From: Acholeplasmataceae bacterium
Lineage (GTDB): Bacteria > Bacillota_I > Bacilli_A > Acholeplasmatales > Acholeplasmataceae
Length of the DNA stretch: 64,000 bases
Assembly (NCBI GenBank): GCA_963675245.1
Contig: OY775910.1
Location: forward strand, 1,472,001 to 1,536,000
Reading direction: 5' to 3'
Below the pieces are notes generated by a model. That model had not been told where the DNA came from. It saw nothing but the letters and a program-made list of their open reading frames with translations, and ran no database searches. Below, in pieces: positions 22,123-32,339 of this stretch. The position numbers were made by a program, and so were the translations under genes. Numbering within the stretch: the first letter of the stretch is position 1; each line of letters opens with the position of its first letter.

Positions 22123-22293
22123 CATTTGAAATAAATAGAGTTCATTTGTAATTTGTAAACAAGGTTATAGAAATATATTTAGTATGAATATATTAGTGTT
22201 TGAATGCTTCTTTTAGATATAATCATAATCATATAGATTAAAATATGATGTTTGGAAATATTGAGAGTAGTTTCTCGCTACTTTTTGTATTGC

Positions 22294-22390
22294 TAGGGTT
22301 GGTAATCATATGGTAGTGTCCTCAAAACGCGTTAGACGTCGTTTTGGTCGATTTTCTAGTCTTTTCACGTGATAGTGATTACTAACCCTA
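22294..22390. repeat. Nested inverted repeats (branched hairpin)
   Basis: TAGGGTTGGTAATCA 22294-22308 / TGATTACTAACCCTA 22376-22390 (14/15) enclosing CAAAACG-CGT-tag-ACG-t-CGTTTTG 22323-22346. Confidence 0.8.
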
Positions 22391-22490
22391 TGAGGTGACA
22401 TTTGCTGCTTCTGCTTCTTCTACTAACGTATATATGTGTGTTTATTTTAAAACGAGCATAAAACTTATTTTTATAAATATTATATGTTTT

Positions 22491-22836
22491 TCACAGATGG
22501 ACTATTTTGTATATGTTTGCAATTGTTACCATCGCATTTTTGAAAGGACTGGTTTTATTGATCTTTGTTTGATCATTTGTCTCCCACTCTTCAATTTTAA
22601 CTATTTCCAAATTCAAACGCTTGTAACGTTATTATTATCTTGAACTTCTGCTTTTAAATTTTCACTTACTGTGTTTAGTTTTTCAGTTCTTCTAATTATC
22701 TAACAGACAAGTCTCGATCTTCTCGTTTCATAAGAGCAACTATCTTATTGATCAATTCATCGTTTTCTATTCACATGTTATTTTTTGTGTTTTTACATGA
22801 TTCTAATTTCTCACTTTGACTTTCTTCAAATACCAT
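22491..22836 (-). pseudogene. Decayed ORF of unknown function (charged, helical)
   Basis: MVFEESQSEKLESCKNTKNNM*IENDELINKIVALMKREDRDLSVR*LEELK, then frameshifted LNTVSENLKAEVQDNNNVT and KRLNLEIVKIEEWETNDQTKINK...; coding-like purine bias. Confidence 0.5.
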
Positions 22837-23016
22837 ATATAATCACACATGAATTTTAAATCACACATAATATGATTTATTGTTCAATATAACTTTTTAC
22901 CGATTTTTATAATTATTTTAAATATAGATATTTGTTATTCAAAGTTTACAAATACTAAACATACAATTTTTAAATAAAAAAAGATACCATTATTTCTAAT
23001 AGTATCTATTGGATTA

Positions 23017-23838
23017 TTAAATATTAAATGTTGTATCTGCTGTATTGATAAAACCTAATACTAAAGTCGCAAACAACATTGGTTTCTCATACATGGATGC
23101 ATGTCCAGCTTTTGGAATAATGATTAACTCTGATCCTTCAATCTTCTCATGTAAATCGTATTGATTTGGTATCGGTGTTAGATAGTCTTCATCTGCTGCT
23201 ACAATCAATGTAGGCGAATTTATATTGCCTAAATTTTCTCTTTCATCATAGCTCTCTGCACTGTTTGTCAAACGTTCCATTGCGTTTAAGAAATCAGGAT
23301 TTGAGAAGACTGGAATTAATACTTGTTCTCGCTTCTTCATCCAGTCTAATCGACGCTCGTAAAAGCTTGGACTATAGATAACAGGAATAGTTGCTTGATA
23401 GTAATTTTGACCGTTTCTAGTCTTACCAATATTGTTCCAGGATTTACCGATTTCCGAGATCCATGGATTTGTATATGAAGTGGTATTAAAGAGGACTAAT
23501 CGTTCGACTTGATTAGGGTGTTTACAAGCAAATTTAACAGCGACCTCACCGCCATATGAAATACCTACAACATTAACTGAATGAAGCTTTAATTCTTCTA
23601 ATAACGTCTCTATAATATCGACTTGTAAATCTTGATTGTAAACACTGTTTTCTAATCTGTCAGATTGTCCTTGATCGATAAAATCTAATCTGATGAGTTT
23701 GTTGTTTGCTGTAAACGAATGAACAAATGGTTCCCATGATTTAGTTGACATCATGATACCATTTAAGATGAGGATTGGTTTTCCTTCTCCCTTTACATCA
23801 TAATAAATGTTTCTACCTTTATAATTCAGAATTGACAT
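23017..23838 (-). CDS. Alpha/beta hydrolase
   Basis: LNGIMM, GISYGG, AGHASMYE. Confidence 0.85.
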   Translation of the reverse strand: MSILNYKGRNIYYDVKGEGKPILILNGIMMSTKSWEPFVHSFTANNKLIRLDFIDQGQSDRLENSVYNQDLQVDIIETLLEELKLHSVNVVGISYGGEVAVKFACKHPNQVERLVLFNTTSYTNPWISEIGKSWNNIGKTRNGQNYYQATIPVIYSPSFYERRLDWMKKREQVLIPVFSNPDFLNAMERLTNSAESYDERENLGNINSPTLIVAADEDYLTPIPNQYDLHEKIEGSELIIIPKAGHASMYEKPMLFATLVLGFINTADTTFNI

Positions 23839-25145
23839 TAGAAAATCCATCCTAACTTTTTAGCTTCATTACGCAAGCCATCTCTAAATTTTGGGTGTGC
23901 AATTGAGATTAACAATTCAACTCTTTCTGCAATAGATGTACCTCTTAAACATACACCACCATATTCAGTCACAACATAGTCAACATCATTTCTTGATAAA
24001 CTAACTGCTGCACCTGGTTTTAATGTTGGCACAATTTTTGAAATTTCTTCACGCTCGCCTGTCAATGGATTTTTAACCATTGCTGTTGAATATAATGTAA
24101 TAAAACTTTTACCGTTTTTTGAATTCTGTGCACCAACTGCTGTATCAGATTGACCACCTGTTCCTGAGAACTGTTTTGCGCCAATAGATTCTGATGCACA
24201 CTGTCCTGTAAGATCAACTTCTATGGTTGTGTTAATCGAGACTTGATTGTCATTAAGACCAATGATAGCTGGGTCATTCACATAGCCTCCAGGTAAAATG
24301 GCTACTGATGGATTATCATCAATAAAGTCATATAGTTCTTGTGTACCTAGAGCAAAGCAACATACATGTTTTCCCTTTTGGATATTTTTCTTTGTGCCAT
24401 TTGCCGCACCAGCTTTAATAAGATGCATGATACCTGTTGTAAGCATCTCCGTATGAATGCCTAAATCTTTTTTATTTAAGAGTGCATGTGCAACTGCATT
24501 TGGAATACCACCTATGCCAAGTTGTAATGTTGAGCCGTCTTCAATACGATCAGAAATATATTTACCAATCAGTAAATCTTTCTCATTAGGCTCTGCATCA
24601 GGTAACACAGGTGCTTTATAATCCGTTTCAATGAGATAATCAATTTCCGACACGTGAACATTCATCTCACCGAATGTTCTAGGGAAATTCGGATTAACTT
24701 CAAGAATGACGATATCTGCAAGATCAATTGCTTCACGTTCATAGACGTTCGATAAAGATAATGAAACAAATCCATGTTTATCAACAGGGCTTGCTGTACC
24801 GACAAAGATGTCTGGTTTCTTGTGTTGGAATCGCTTCTTACCAGCCAAGTGTAAATGGTTTGGTATAAAGCTCACAGTGCCTCTGTGATGCGCCTTTCTT
24901 AAGGAACCTGAATAAAACCACGAGTCAACAGAAAAAGACCCTTCATAAGCTTCATTCGTGAAATATTCAGAGTTATCAAAAGGTAAACAGTTTGTTACGC
25001 GTACCCCTTTTACACGATCAGCAATTGTGTGCAATTTAGATAGAAATAATTTTGGTTCTGCACCAGCCATTGCTGAAACGATGATGTCATTATCTTTAAC
25101 GAGTTGAAGTGCATCTTCAACAGTAATCAATTTAGCTTCTTTCAT
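23838..25145 (-). CDS. Acetyl-CoA hydrolase/transferase family (4-hydroxybutyrate CoA-transferase-like)
   Basis: TLQLGIGGIPNA, DLGIHTEM, EVDLTGQ, SGTGGQSD, IAHPKFR. Confidence 0.9.
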   Translation of the reverse strand: MKEAKLITVEDALQLVKDNDIIVSAMAGAEPKLFLSKLHTIADRVKGVRVTNCLPFDNSEYFTNEAYEGSFSVDSWFYSGSLRKAHHRGTVSFIPNHLHLAGKKRFQHKKPDIFVGTASPVDKHGFVSLSLSNVYEREAIDLADIVILEVNPNFPRTFGEMNVHVSEIDYLIETDYKAPVLPDAEPNEKDLLIGKYISDRIEDGSTLQLGIGGIPNAVAHALLNKKDLGIHTEMLTTGIMHLIKAGAANGTKKNIQKGKHVCCFALGTQELYDFIDDNPSVAILPGGYVNDPAIIGLNDNQVSINTTIEVDLTGQCASESIGAKQFSGTGGQSDTAVGAQNSKNGKSFITLYSTAMVKNPLTGEREEISKIVPTLKPGAAVSLSRNDVDYVVTEYGGVCLRGTSIAERVELLISIAHPKFRDGLRNEAKKLGWIF

Positions 25146-25217
25146 AATATGCCTCTCTTTGTATGAGTAGATAAGGGAAGGGTTTCCCCTCCCCTTGATA
25201 CTACCATAATTTTATTA

Positions 25218-26972
25218 TTATTTAGCTTGAATAACTGGTAATGCTTCAATATCTCTAACTTTAGCCCATGCAGGAGCTGCGCCAGAATTATCTAATTGTA
25301 GTAATGCCATTGAAGCGATACCCCAACGTTTACCTTCTGTGAAATCAACTGTACCACCCATTGGGACACTGATAGCATCTGATTCCATTGCATCAATATA
25401 TGTTTCCCATGTGAGTAAACCTTCACCAACACGGTTTAAACCTTCAACAAAGATTGAAGCAGCAATATAACCAGCCATCGCGTATGCATTAGCTGCATAG
25501 TCAGAATAACCTGCAGTTGTCATATCTGTAGCGAATGTCCAATAAGCATCTGATAAACCATTTGTACCTTCTGGATCAACAATATCCAACCATGCATTTG
25601 CATACATTGGGAAATCATAATCTACTGCTGAGTCAACTGAAGTTGCGTCTGCGTTAACATATGATGTGAATACAGGAACTGTTAAACCAGCTGATTGTAA
25701 TGCACCAACTGCTGCCTTGAAAGGTGCTTGGTTAGATGCAACGATTATTGCTGATACACCAGCTGTTTGTAAATCACTAACTGCTGCACTTAATGCTGCA
25801 GAATCAGCTGCTGAGAATGAACGATAAATGAAATCATCTGATCTGCCTTCTTGAGCAGCTTCAATTTCGATACCAGCTTTAATTGATACACCATCATCAG
25901 TTGTTGTGTGTAGAACACCAACCTTTGCAGTTGCTGATAATTGTTCATCTTCATTTGTACCAAATAAGAATTCATTAAGTGCTCTTGCAGTCATCATTCT
26001 ACCATCTGTCTTATAAATAGGTTGAACAGCCATAACTGGGTTACTTAAACCATCTACTGGATCAAAATAAAGAGAGTTAATACCTGTTGCAGCATAAACC
26101 ATAGGTACGCCAACTTCTTGGATATAGTCAATTGTAGCACCAACTGTAGGAGTACCAAAGTGACCAACTAAAGCGAAGATTTCATCTTCTTCAACAAGTT
26201 GTTTTGTATAGTTTAAACCTGTAGTAGCATCAAATAAATCATCGTAATGTTCAAATACGAGTGTACGACCAGCAACACCACCAGCTGCATTAATCTTTTG
26301 GAAATATGCATCAATACCAGCGTTGAATGGTAAACCAACAAAAGCTAATCCACCAGAAGTTGCTGCTGTGTTACCAACAGTGACAGTAGTGTCTGTAACA
26401 CCTTGTACGATGATTTCTCTAACTTTATAAGTGAATGACGTTGTCATATTTTCAAAGAATATATAAACGACACCATCTAATACAACTGCTGAACTATCGA
26501 ATCCAGCCATTGTATAATTTTCAACGTCTTCTTTTTCACCAGTACTATAAACTGCTTCAATGACTAAACCAGTGTCATCAAATTCAGCACCAACAAGATA
26601 TTGTTGTGTTTCTGGTAAACTCTTAACATTAATTGACAATAATTCTTTGTCTGCATCTGGATCAAATACAGTAACTGTAAATGATACTGAGCGACCTTCA
26701 TAAGTCAACATAATAGTTTTAACACCAACAGTTAATGTTTCAAAACCTGTGACTGTTAAATCTGCAACTGTTAAGTCTAAGTCTGTTTCATCTGTATAGA
26801 CAGCCTTAACTTCTAAACCTGATAAATCAATTTCTTCACCAACGTTATATTCAACCTTAGTTGGTTGTGAAACGATTGTCAAATGATCAACAGTAACTAT
26901 TGCTTCTTCAACACAAGCTGCCAACCCGAATAACGCTAATGCCATTACTAATAATAGTACTACCTTTTTCAT
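25218..26972 (-). CDS. ABC substrate-binding lipoprotein (Liv/type 1 PBP) with two Ig-like domains
   Basis: Lipobox LAAC; two Big_3-like repeats (Y.VG...D..GL.V/I.AVY); GVTDTTVTVG, INAAGGVAGR, FALVGHFGTP. Confidence 0.85.
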   Translation of the reverse strand: MKKVVLLLVMALALFGLAACVEEAIVTVDHLTIVSQPTKVEYNVGEEIDLSGLEVKAVYTDETDLDLTVADLTVTGFETLTVGVKTIMLTYEGRSVSFTVTVFDPDADKELLSINVKSLPETQQYLVGAEFDDTGLVIEAVYSTGEKEDVENYTMAGFDSSAVVLDGVVYIFFENMTTSFTYKVREIIVQGVTDTTVTVGNTAATSGGLAFVGLPFNAGIDAYFQKINAAGGVAGRTLVFEHYDDLFDATTGLNYTKQLVEEDEIFALVGHFGTPTVGATIDYIQEVGVPMVYAATGINSLYFDPVDGLSNPVMAVQPIYKTDGRMMTARALNEFLFGTNEDEQLSATAKVGVLHTTTDDGVSIKAGIEIEAAQEGRSDDFIYRSFSAADSAALSAAVSDLQTAGVSAIIVASNQAPFKAAVGALQSAGLTVPVFTSYVNADATSVDSAVDYDFPMYANAWLDIVDPEGTNGLSDAYWTFATDMTTAGYSDYAANAYAMAGYIAASIFVEGLNRVGEGLLTWETYIDAMESDAISVPMGGTVDFTEGKRWGIASMALLQLDNSGAAPAWAKVRDIEALPVIQAK

Positions 26973-27032
26973 ACGTTTTCTCCTTTTCGCTTTTTGCGTA
27001 TTTTTATATGTTAATTGCTTTGCAATTTTAAC

Positions 27033-27803
27033 CTATTTTTTTGAACCAAGATATGCATTGATTAGTTCTTCGTCATTTAACATATCTATTCCTGATCCAT
27101 GTTTACTTACTTTTCCTAGTTCAAGCAAATATGCATAATCAGCAATCTTTAATGTTTGATATGCATTTTGCTCAACAATCAGAATCGTAGTACCTCTTTG
27201 CTTAATAATTTCAATAATCCTGAAAATATCTCTTACGATAAGTGGTGCTAATCCTAATGATGGTTCATCTAGTAATAATAACTCTGGATCACCCATCAAG
27301 GCACGACCTATGGCCAACATTTGTTGTTCTCCACCAGATAACGTCGATGCCTGTTGATGTTTACGTTCTTTTAAGATGGGGAAGTATCCATAAACTTCAT
27401 CAAGTAAATTAGCAACTCTTGTCTTTGTTTTGATGGTCTTTTTAATGATGACCCCATTCTGTTCAATGTCAACCACTTTATCTTTTAGAGAGTATGCGCC
27501 AACTTTTAGATTCTCTTCCACGGTTAGACCGTATAGAATCATACGTCCTTCAGGTGATTGTAAAATACCTTTATATGCAATTTTATGTGGATCTAAATTA
27601 GCAATAGGATCATCCTTATAAAGAATGTCTCCACCAGATACTTTTGTCAAACCAGAGATACTTTTAATTAGTGATGACTTTCCTGCACCATTTGCTCCTA
27701 AGATGGCAACGATTGTGCCTCTTTCTACTTTAATGCTAATACCTTTTACCGCACGAATGATACCATAGTCAATCGTCAGATCTTTAATTTCTAAAAGTGC
27801 CAT
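27033..27803 (-). CDS. Branched-chain amino acid-type ABC ATPase (LivF-like)
   Basis: GANGAGKS, SPEGR, LSGGEQQMLAIGRAL, LDEPSLGLAP. Confidence 0.92.
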   Translation of the reverse strand: MALLEIKDLTIDYGIIRAVKGISIKVERGTIVAILGANGAGKSSLIKSISGLTKVSGGDILYKDDPIANLDPHKIAYKGILQSPEGRMILYGLTVEENLKVGAYSLKDKVVDIEQNGVIIKKTIKTKTRVANLLDEVYGYFPILKERKHQQASTLSGGEQQMLAIGRALMGDPELLLLDEPSLGLAPLIVRDIFRIIEIIKQRGTTILIVEQNAYQTLKIADYAYLLELGKVSKHGSGIDMLNDEELINAYLGSKK

Positions 27804-27804
27804 A

Positions 27805-29250
27805 TCATTCGCCTCCTAAATATGCTTCTTTAACAAAGTCATTATTTTGGATTTCCCTTGGTGTACCAATCGCTATCTTTTTACCAAAATTAATGGCACA
27901 TATCGTGTCACATATATTCATGACAAGTCCCATATCATGTTCAACTAAGAAAATAGTACAATTATAATCTTTTTGAATTTTTTTGATTGTCTCTGCAAGT
28001 TGAAGCGTTTCTGTATCATTTAATCCAGCAGCAGGTTCATCAAGAATAATGAGTTTAGGATTTGACATAAGTGTTCTAGCAAGTTCGATCTTCTTTAAGA
28101 CACCATAAGGCAAGCCAATTGGATATGCATCTTTGAAAGCAATCAAACCCAAATCTGTGAGTATTCCTTCAGCCTTGAGTGTTAGTATCTTTTCTTCTCG
28201 TTTAAACTTGAGTAATTGCAACGAGTGGTCAAAGAAGTTTGATCGATAGAGTGAATGAGCACCAACGAGCATATTATCTAAAATCGATAGTTCCCAAATT
28301 AATTCAACATTTTGAAAAGTTCTAACAATTCCAAGTTTAACAACATCATGAACTTTATAATTATTGAGTAAAAGTAAGTCATCAACGCTATTTCGATAGG
28401 TCACTTTACCAGCAGTTGGTTTATAGAACTGAGTGATACAATTGAAGACAGTTGTCTTGCCAGCACCATTAGGTCCAATGAGACCAAACACTTCACCTTT
28501 CTTAACGTCAAATGAAAGATCATCAACTGCTTTTAACCCGCCAAATTGCATCGTTAGATTTTCTATTTTTAAAATCGTATTAGGATCCATATTAACGTTA
28601 TTAATATTTGCTTGATTAATTTCGTTAATGAGTGGATTGAGAACTTGTGTCTTCTTCTCTAGTTGATGTCCATAATGTTTAATTCTTTCATCTAACTTTG
28701 CCACTTCATGTGCTAGGAGTTCATCTTGCGATGACTTTAACTCTTTTTGATAGTTCCGAAGTTTTTCATTAAATGTTTGTTCAAGTGATATAAATGCTTG
28801 CTGATGTTCTTCCAATGTCTTTTGATCATATTGTCTAGTCTTATATGGAGCAAGCAAAGCATCTCTACTTGCTATCAATGATTGTTCAATTTGTGAAAGC
28901 GTCTCTTTCAATTCATCTTCTTTAGTTTCCAAAGTTTCATGTGATTGATGCTTTCGATTAAATGATACAATCGCTGCACGTTTTTTCAAATTAAATTTTT
29001 CTTCCAATACTGTCATTTTATCACTTGTAAAATAAGCGATATAATCAGCATTTGAAAGTTGTTCAATTTCTTTTTCTCGTAAGTCTTTGATGAAAGGTTG
29101 TGAGAATTGATTGATTTGACGAGTAAATTGTTTTGCTAACTTATCTTTATAAATATCTTTTCTAGCTTTAGTGACTGCTATCTTGTATTGTAATTTACTG
29201 ACTTGCTGCTCAAGGAGTCGTTTTTGAAGTGTTTTAAATATCTTTGCCAT
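27805..29250 (-). CDS. LivG-like ABC ATPase with long N-terminal coiled coil
   Basis: FGGLKAV, GPNGAGKTT, RTFQN, LDEPAAGL, VEHDM after about 220 aa of charged helical sequence. Confidence 0.88.
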   Translation of the reverse strand: MAKIFKTLQKRLLEQQVSKLQYKIAVTKARKDIYKDKLAKQFTRQINQFSQPFIKDLREKEIEQLSNADYIAYFTSDKMTVLEEKFNLKKRAAIVSFNRKHQSHETLETKEDELKETLSQIEQSLIASRDALLAPYKTRQYDQKTLEEHQQAFISLEQTFNEKLRNYQKELKSSQDELLAHEVAKLDERIKHYGHQLEKKTQVLNPLINEINQANINNVNMDPNTILKIENLTMQFGGLKAVDDLSFDVKKGEVFGLIGPNGAGKTTVFNCITQFYKPTAGKVTYRNSVDDLLLLNNYKVHDVVKLGIVRTFQNVELIWELSILDNMLVGAHSLYRSNFFDHSLQLLKFKREEKILTLKAEGILTDLGLIAFKDAYPIGLPYGVLKKIELARTLMSNPKLIILDEPAAGLNDTETLQLAETIKKIQKDYNCTIFLVEHDMGLVMNICDTICAINFGKKIAIGTPREIQNNDFVKEAYLGGE

Positions 29251-30322
29251 AGCGATACTCCTTCCATGCTGTCATTGATTTATTATACATTTTGACGGTA
29301 AAATTTTTGATGTCTGTAAATAAGCGAATCACACCACCAGGATAGAACATAACAACCAAAATAATGAGTGCTCCAGTAAAGATGAGATAAGCATTACTAT
29401 ATGTTTGGAAGAATGCTATTCTTGATAAGACCAAATCTTTTAAACCAAAGACAATGAACGTACCAATTAATAAACCCCAAATGTTCTTTGTTCCACCTAT
29501 CACAACAGCTGCCAAAACATTAAGTGACAAATCGATACCCCAATTTGAAGGATATGATGTTAATGATCTAATCATTTGTAACATACCACCCATTACGGCA
29601 AATAAGGTTGCTAACAAAAATGCTGTTAATCGATATCTAATAATACTAATACCCATCGCTTGTGCAGCTGATGTAGAATTTTTAATTGATAGTAATGCTC
29701 TACCAGTTGGACTCTTAATAATATTCAACGTCCAGATCATTAGTATGACCATAAATCCAACAATAATATAAAACATCGCATTATATGCAATACTATTTGA
29801 ACTGAATATACCAAAGAATGTCATTCCCTCAGTAATGTTCATACCCGTTGCTCCACCAGTGAATGCTGCGTTCATAAACAGATTTCTGAGAATTTCAGAT
29901 AAACCTAATGTCACAATTGCTAAGTACATACCTTCGATTCGAAGTGAAATGACACCAACAATAGCACCTAGACCAATCGAAACTGCCATACCAATGACAA
30001 ATCCTAATTCAGCACTCATACCTAATGATTGAACTAAATATCCGATGAGATAAGCACCTAAACCCATAAATCCTGCTGTACCTAATGATGCTAACCCACC
30101 ATATCCTAAAAGTAATAAGAATCCTAGAGATACAATATATCTGATCAAGACAGGCGATAAGAAATTAAGGACAGATGGTCTAATCAAACCTGTTGATCCA
30201 ATTAATTCTAATAAGATTAACGCAAATCCTAAAATCAGAATTGGGAAATAAGGATGATTAATATATGATTTAATTCTAATCTGACGATTGCTTTTAGTTG
30301 TTTTATCGTATTTTAATTTCAT
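29234..30322 (-). CDS. LivM-like ABC permease
   Basis: GYGGLASLG, LRIEGMYLAIVTL, SPTGRAL. Confidence 0.9.
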   Translation of the reverse strand: MKLKYDKTTKSNRQIRIKSYINHPYFPILILGFALILLELIGSTGLIRPSVLNFLSPVLIRYIVSLGFLLLLGYGGLASLGTAGFMGLGAYLIGYLVQSLGMSAELGFVIGMAVSIGLGAIVGVISLRIEGMYLAIVTLGLSEILRNLFMNAAFTGGATGMNITEGMTFFGIFSSNSIAYNAMFYIIVGFMVILMIWTLNIIKSPTGRALLSIKNSTSAAQAMGISIIRYRLTAFLLATLFAVMGGMLQMIRSLTSYPSNWGIDLSLNVLAAVVIGGTKNIWGLLIGTFIVFGLKDLVLSRIAFFQTYSNAYLIFTGALIILVVMFYPGGVIRLFTDIKNFTVKMYNKSMTAWKEYRYGKDI

Positions 30323-30324
30323 GT

Positions 30325-31284
30325 CTACACCTTCTTCGCAATCTTTTTCCCAAAAATACCAATCGGCTTAATGAGAATAATAATAAGTATGATGATATAG
30401 ACAAATACCTTGTAATATACACCTAAATTAGGAATACCTAATTGGAAATTATTTGTCACATAATATGATATCTGCGTCAATACAGGAATGATAATTGCGC
30501 CAATAACTGGACCAAAGAAAGTCGAGAATCCACCTAAAATAGCGGCTAAAAATCCGTTAACTTGCATTTCAGTCATAAAGGCAACATTCACAGTTAAATT
30601 GTAACTCGCATATATAATCGCACCTAATGTTGCAAGTCCACCAGCAATTCCCCAACTCATCGCAGTGATGAATTTCGTATTAACGCCTAACATGCTTGCT
30701 ACTTTTTCATTAGCTGCGGTTGATCTTACACCTAAACCCCATTTGGTTTTCTTAAGCAAAATAAACACTGTACCAATTACAAGTGTCGCAATTAAAATCG
30801 CATAAATTTGATTATATCTAAGCACAATATTTCCAAAACCTGTTTCAATAATAGAAACTTCTGTAAAGAATCTAGGTATAGAAGGCATATTTTGATCGTA
30901 TCTAAAGAATATCGTAGGTAAAACACCCATAATCACTAAGACGATACCCATAGTAATCATCTGTTTGGTTAAAGGCGTACTGAATTTAGATTTCCTAATA
31001 AGTATCGTATCAATAAATACACCAAGCAAAAAGCCAACAACTATACCTGATAAAAACGCGATAATCGTCAGAAAAATAGGATTGCTGTTTGGAAATATTT
31101 GAACCAAAAATGCTGAATAAAATATTGTAACAACATAAGCACCAGTCGTTGCAATCATCCCTTGCGCGAAATTTGTCGTAAACGATGTTCTAAAAATTAA
31201 AACAATCGCGAACGTGACCAGCGCTAAAGGTGCTGCATCAGCTAAAGCCAATAATAATCTGTTAATTATTTCTGCTAAAATCAT
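30325..31284 (-). CDS. LivH-like ABC permease
   Basis: NFAQG, TKWGLGVRS, AAILGG, KPIGIFG. Confidence 0.9.
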   Translation of the reverse strand: MILAEIINRLLLALADAAPLALVTFAIVLIFRTSFTTNFAQGMIATTGAYVVTIFYSAFLVQIFPNSNPIFLTIIAFLSGIVVGFLLGVFIDTILIRKSKFSTPLTKQMITMGIVLVIMGVLPTIFFRYDQNMPSIPRFFTEVSIIETGFGNIVLRYNQIYAILIATLVIGTVFILLKKTKWGLGVRSTAANEKVASMLGVNTKFITAMSWGIAGGLATLGAIIYASYNLTVNVAFMTEMQVNGFLAAILGGFSTFFGPVIGAIIIPVLTQISYYVTNNFQLGIPNLGVYYKVFVYIIILIIILIKPIGIFGKKIAKKV

Positions 31285-31289
31285 AAAAC

Positions 31290-32321
31290 CTAACTACCCC
31301 ATTTAATAATATTAGCAGCCCAAACATATCCAATACCAGCAGCCAGCATGCACACAACAGTGCCATCCTTTACCTGTCCGGTTTGTAATGCAAGGTGTAA
31401 TGATAATATTTGATCTATTTGACCAATGTGACCATAGTTTTCCAAATAAATCGATTGGTCTTCAGATAACCCTAGTTCAGCTAACACTGCTAAATGGCCA
31501 CTACGTTTCATGTGTAAAATATCTAAGAATCCGATATCTTCACGTTTTAAATTTGATTTTCTAAGTGATTCGTCAATGCATTTATACCAATTATTCATAG
31601 AAACTGCATTTAAACGATCTTTCATTTTTTGTGCATCCATTAAACGTAAGGAATGTGATGCTTCTTCAACATTTTCTTTAGTCAATGGATGACATTGACC
31701 ACCAAGTTCAACACCTGCTGTTCTAGCAAGTGAACCATCGCCAATCATATGAGATCCTAGCAGTAGATTTTTACCATAATTCTTTTGAAGAATGATGGCG
31801 CCACCTCCTGCACCCAAATCATACATCATAGACATACTCTTATCAGCATAGTCCACAAAATCGCCATTACGATAACCACCAACAACCATGACGACATGTA
31901 CTTCATCATCTGCGATGAGCATGTCTTTCGCCATTTTCAGTGCTGATACAGTGGTACAGCAACGGTTTTGCACATCTATACCCCAAGCATTAACCGCACC
32001 AATACGATCTTGTATATAAAGTGCAGAAGTCGTCAAAGGATATTCTTTCCATTCCTCTGTAACAGATAGAATAACATCAATTGACCTAGGATCAATACCA
32101 GTTCGTTTGATTGCATCAAGTGCTGCAAGTGCTCCCATCTCTTGCGAACCATCTTCTGGTAATTTAACCGGGATTCTTTTTTCAACGATGCCGAGTTTTT
32201 CAATGACAGCTTCTTCAGTCCAAAAACCATTTGTTTTTTCACTGATTTCTTTAGCTGTCATTATGCCTTCAGGTAAGTAAATACCTGTACCGACAACGCC
32301 AACAGTAACTTGTTTATCCAT
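31290..32321 (-). CDS. 3-oxoacyl-ACP synthase III (FabH)-like protein
   Basis: GTGIYLP, KLGIVEKR, QNRCCTT, YGHIG, AAGIGYVW. Confidence 0.85.
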   Translation of the reverse strand: MDKQVTVGVVGTGIYLPEGIMTAKEISEKTNGFWTEEAVIEKLGIVEKRIPVKLPEDGSQEMGALAALDAIKRTGIDPRSIDVILSVTEEWKEYPLTTSALYIQDRIGAVNAWGIDVQNRCCTTVSALKMAKDMLIADDEVHVVMVVGGYRNGDFVDYADKSMSMMYDLGAGGGAIILQKNYGKNLLLGSHMIGDGSLARTAGVELGGQCHPLTKENVEEASHSLRLMDAQKMKDRLNAVSMNNWYKCIDESLRKSNLKREDIGFLDILHMKRSGHLAVLAELGLSEDQSIYLENYGHIGQIDQILSLHLALQTGQVKDGTVVCMLAAGIGYVWAANIIKWGS

Positions 32322-32339
32322 TCGGATACCTGCTTTCAA

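Noticed and set aside
22395..22643. 82-aa + strand ORF as a real gene
   Set aside because: C/F/I-rich composition typical of the antisense shadow of the decayed minus-strand reading; no clear RBS
22771..22773. TGA read as Trp (genetic code 4) to rescue the pseudogene
   Set aside because: A TAA and frameshifts also interrupt it; genes in the window use TGG for Trp and several end in TGA
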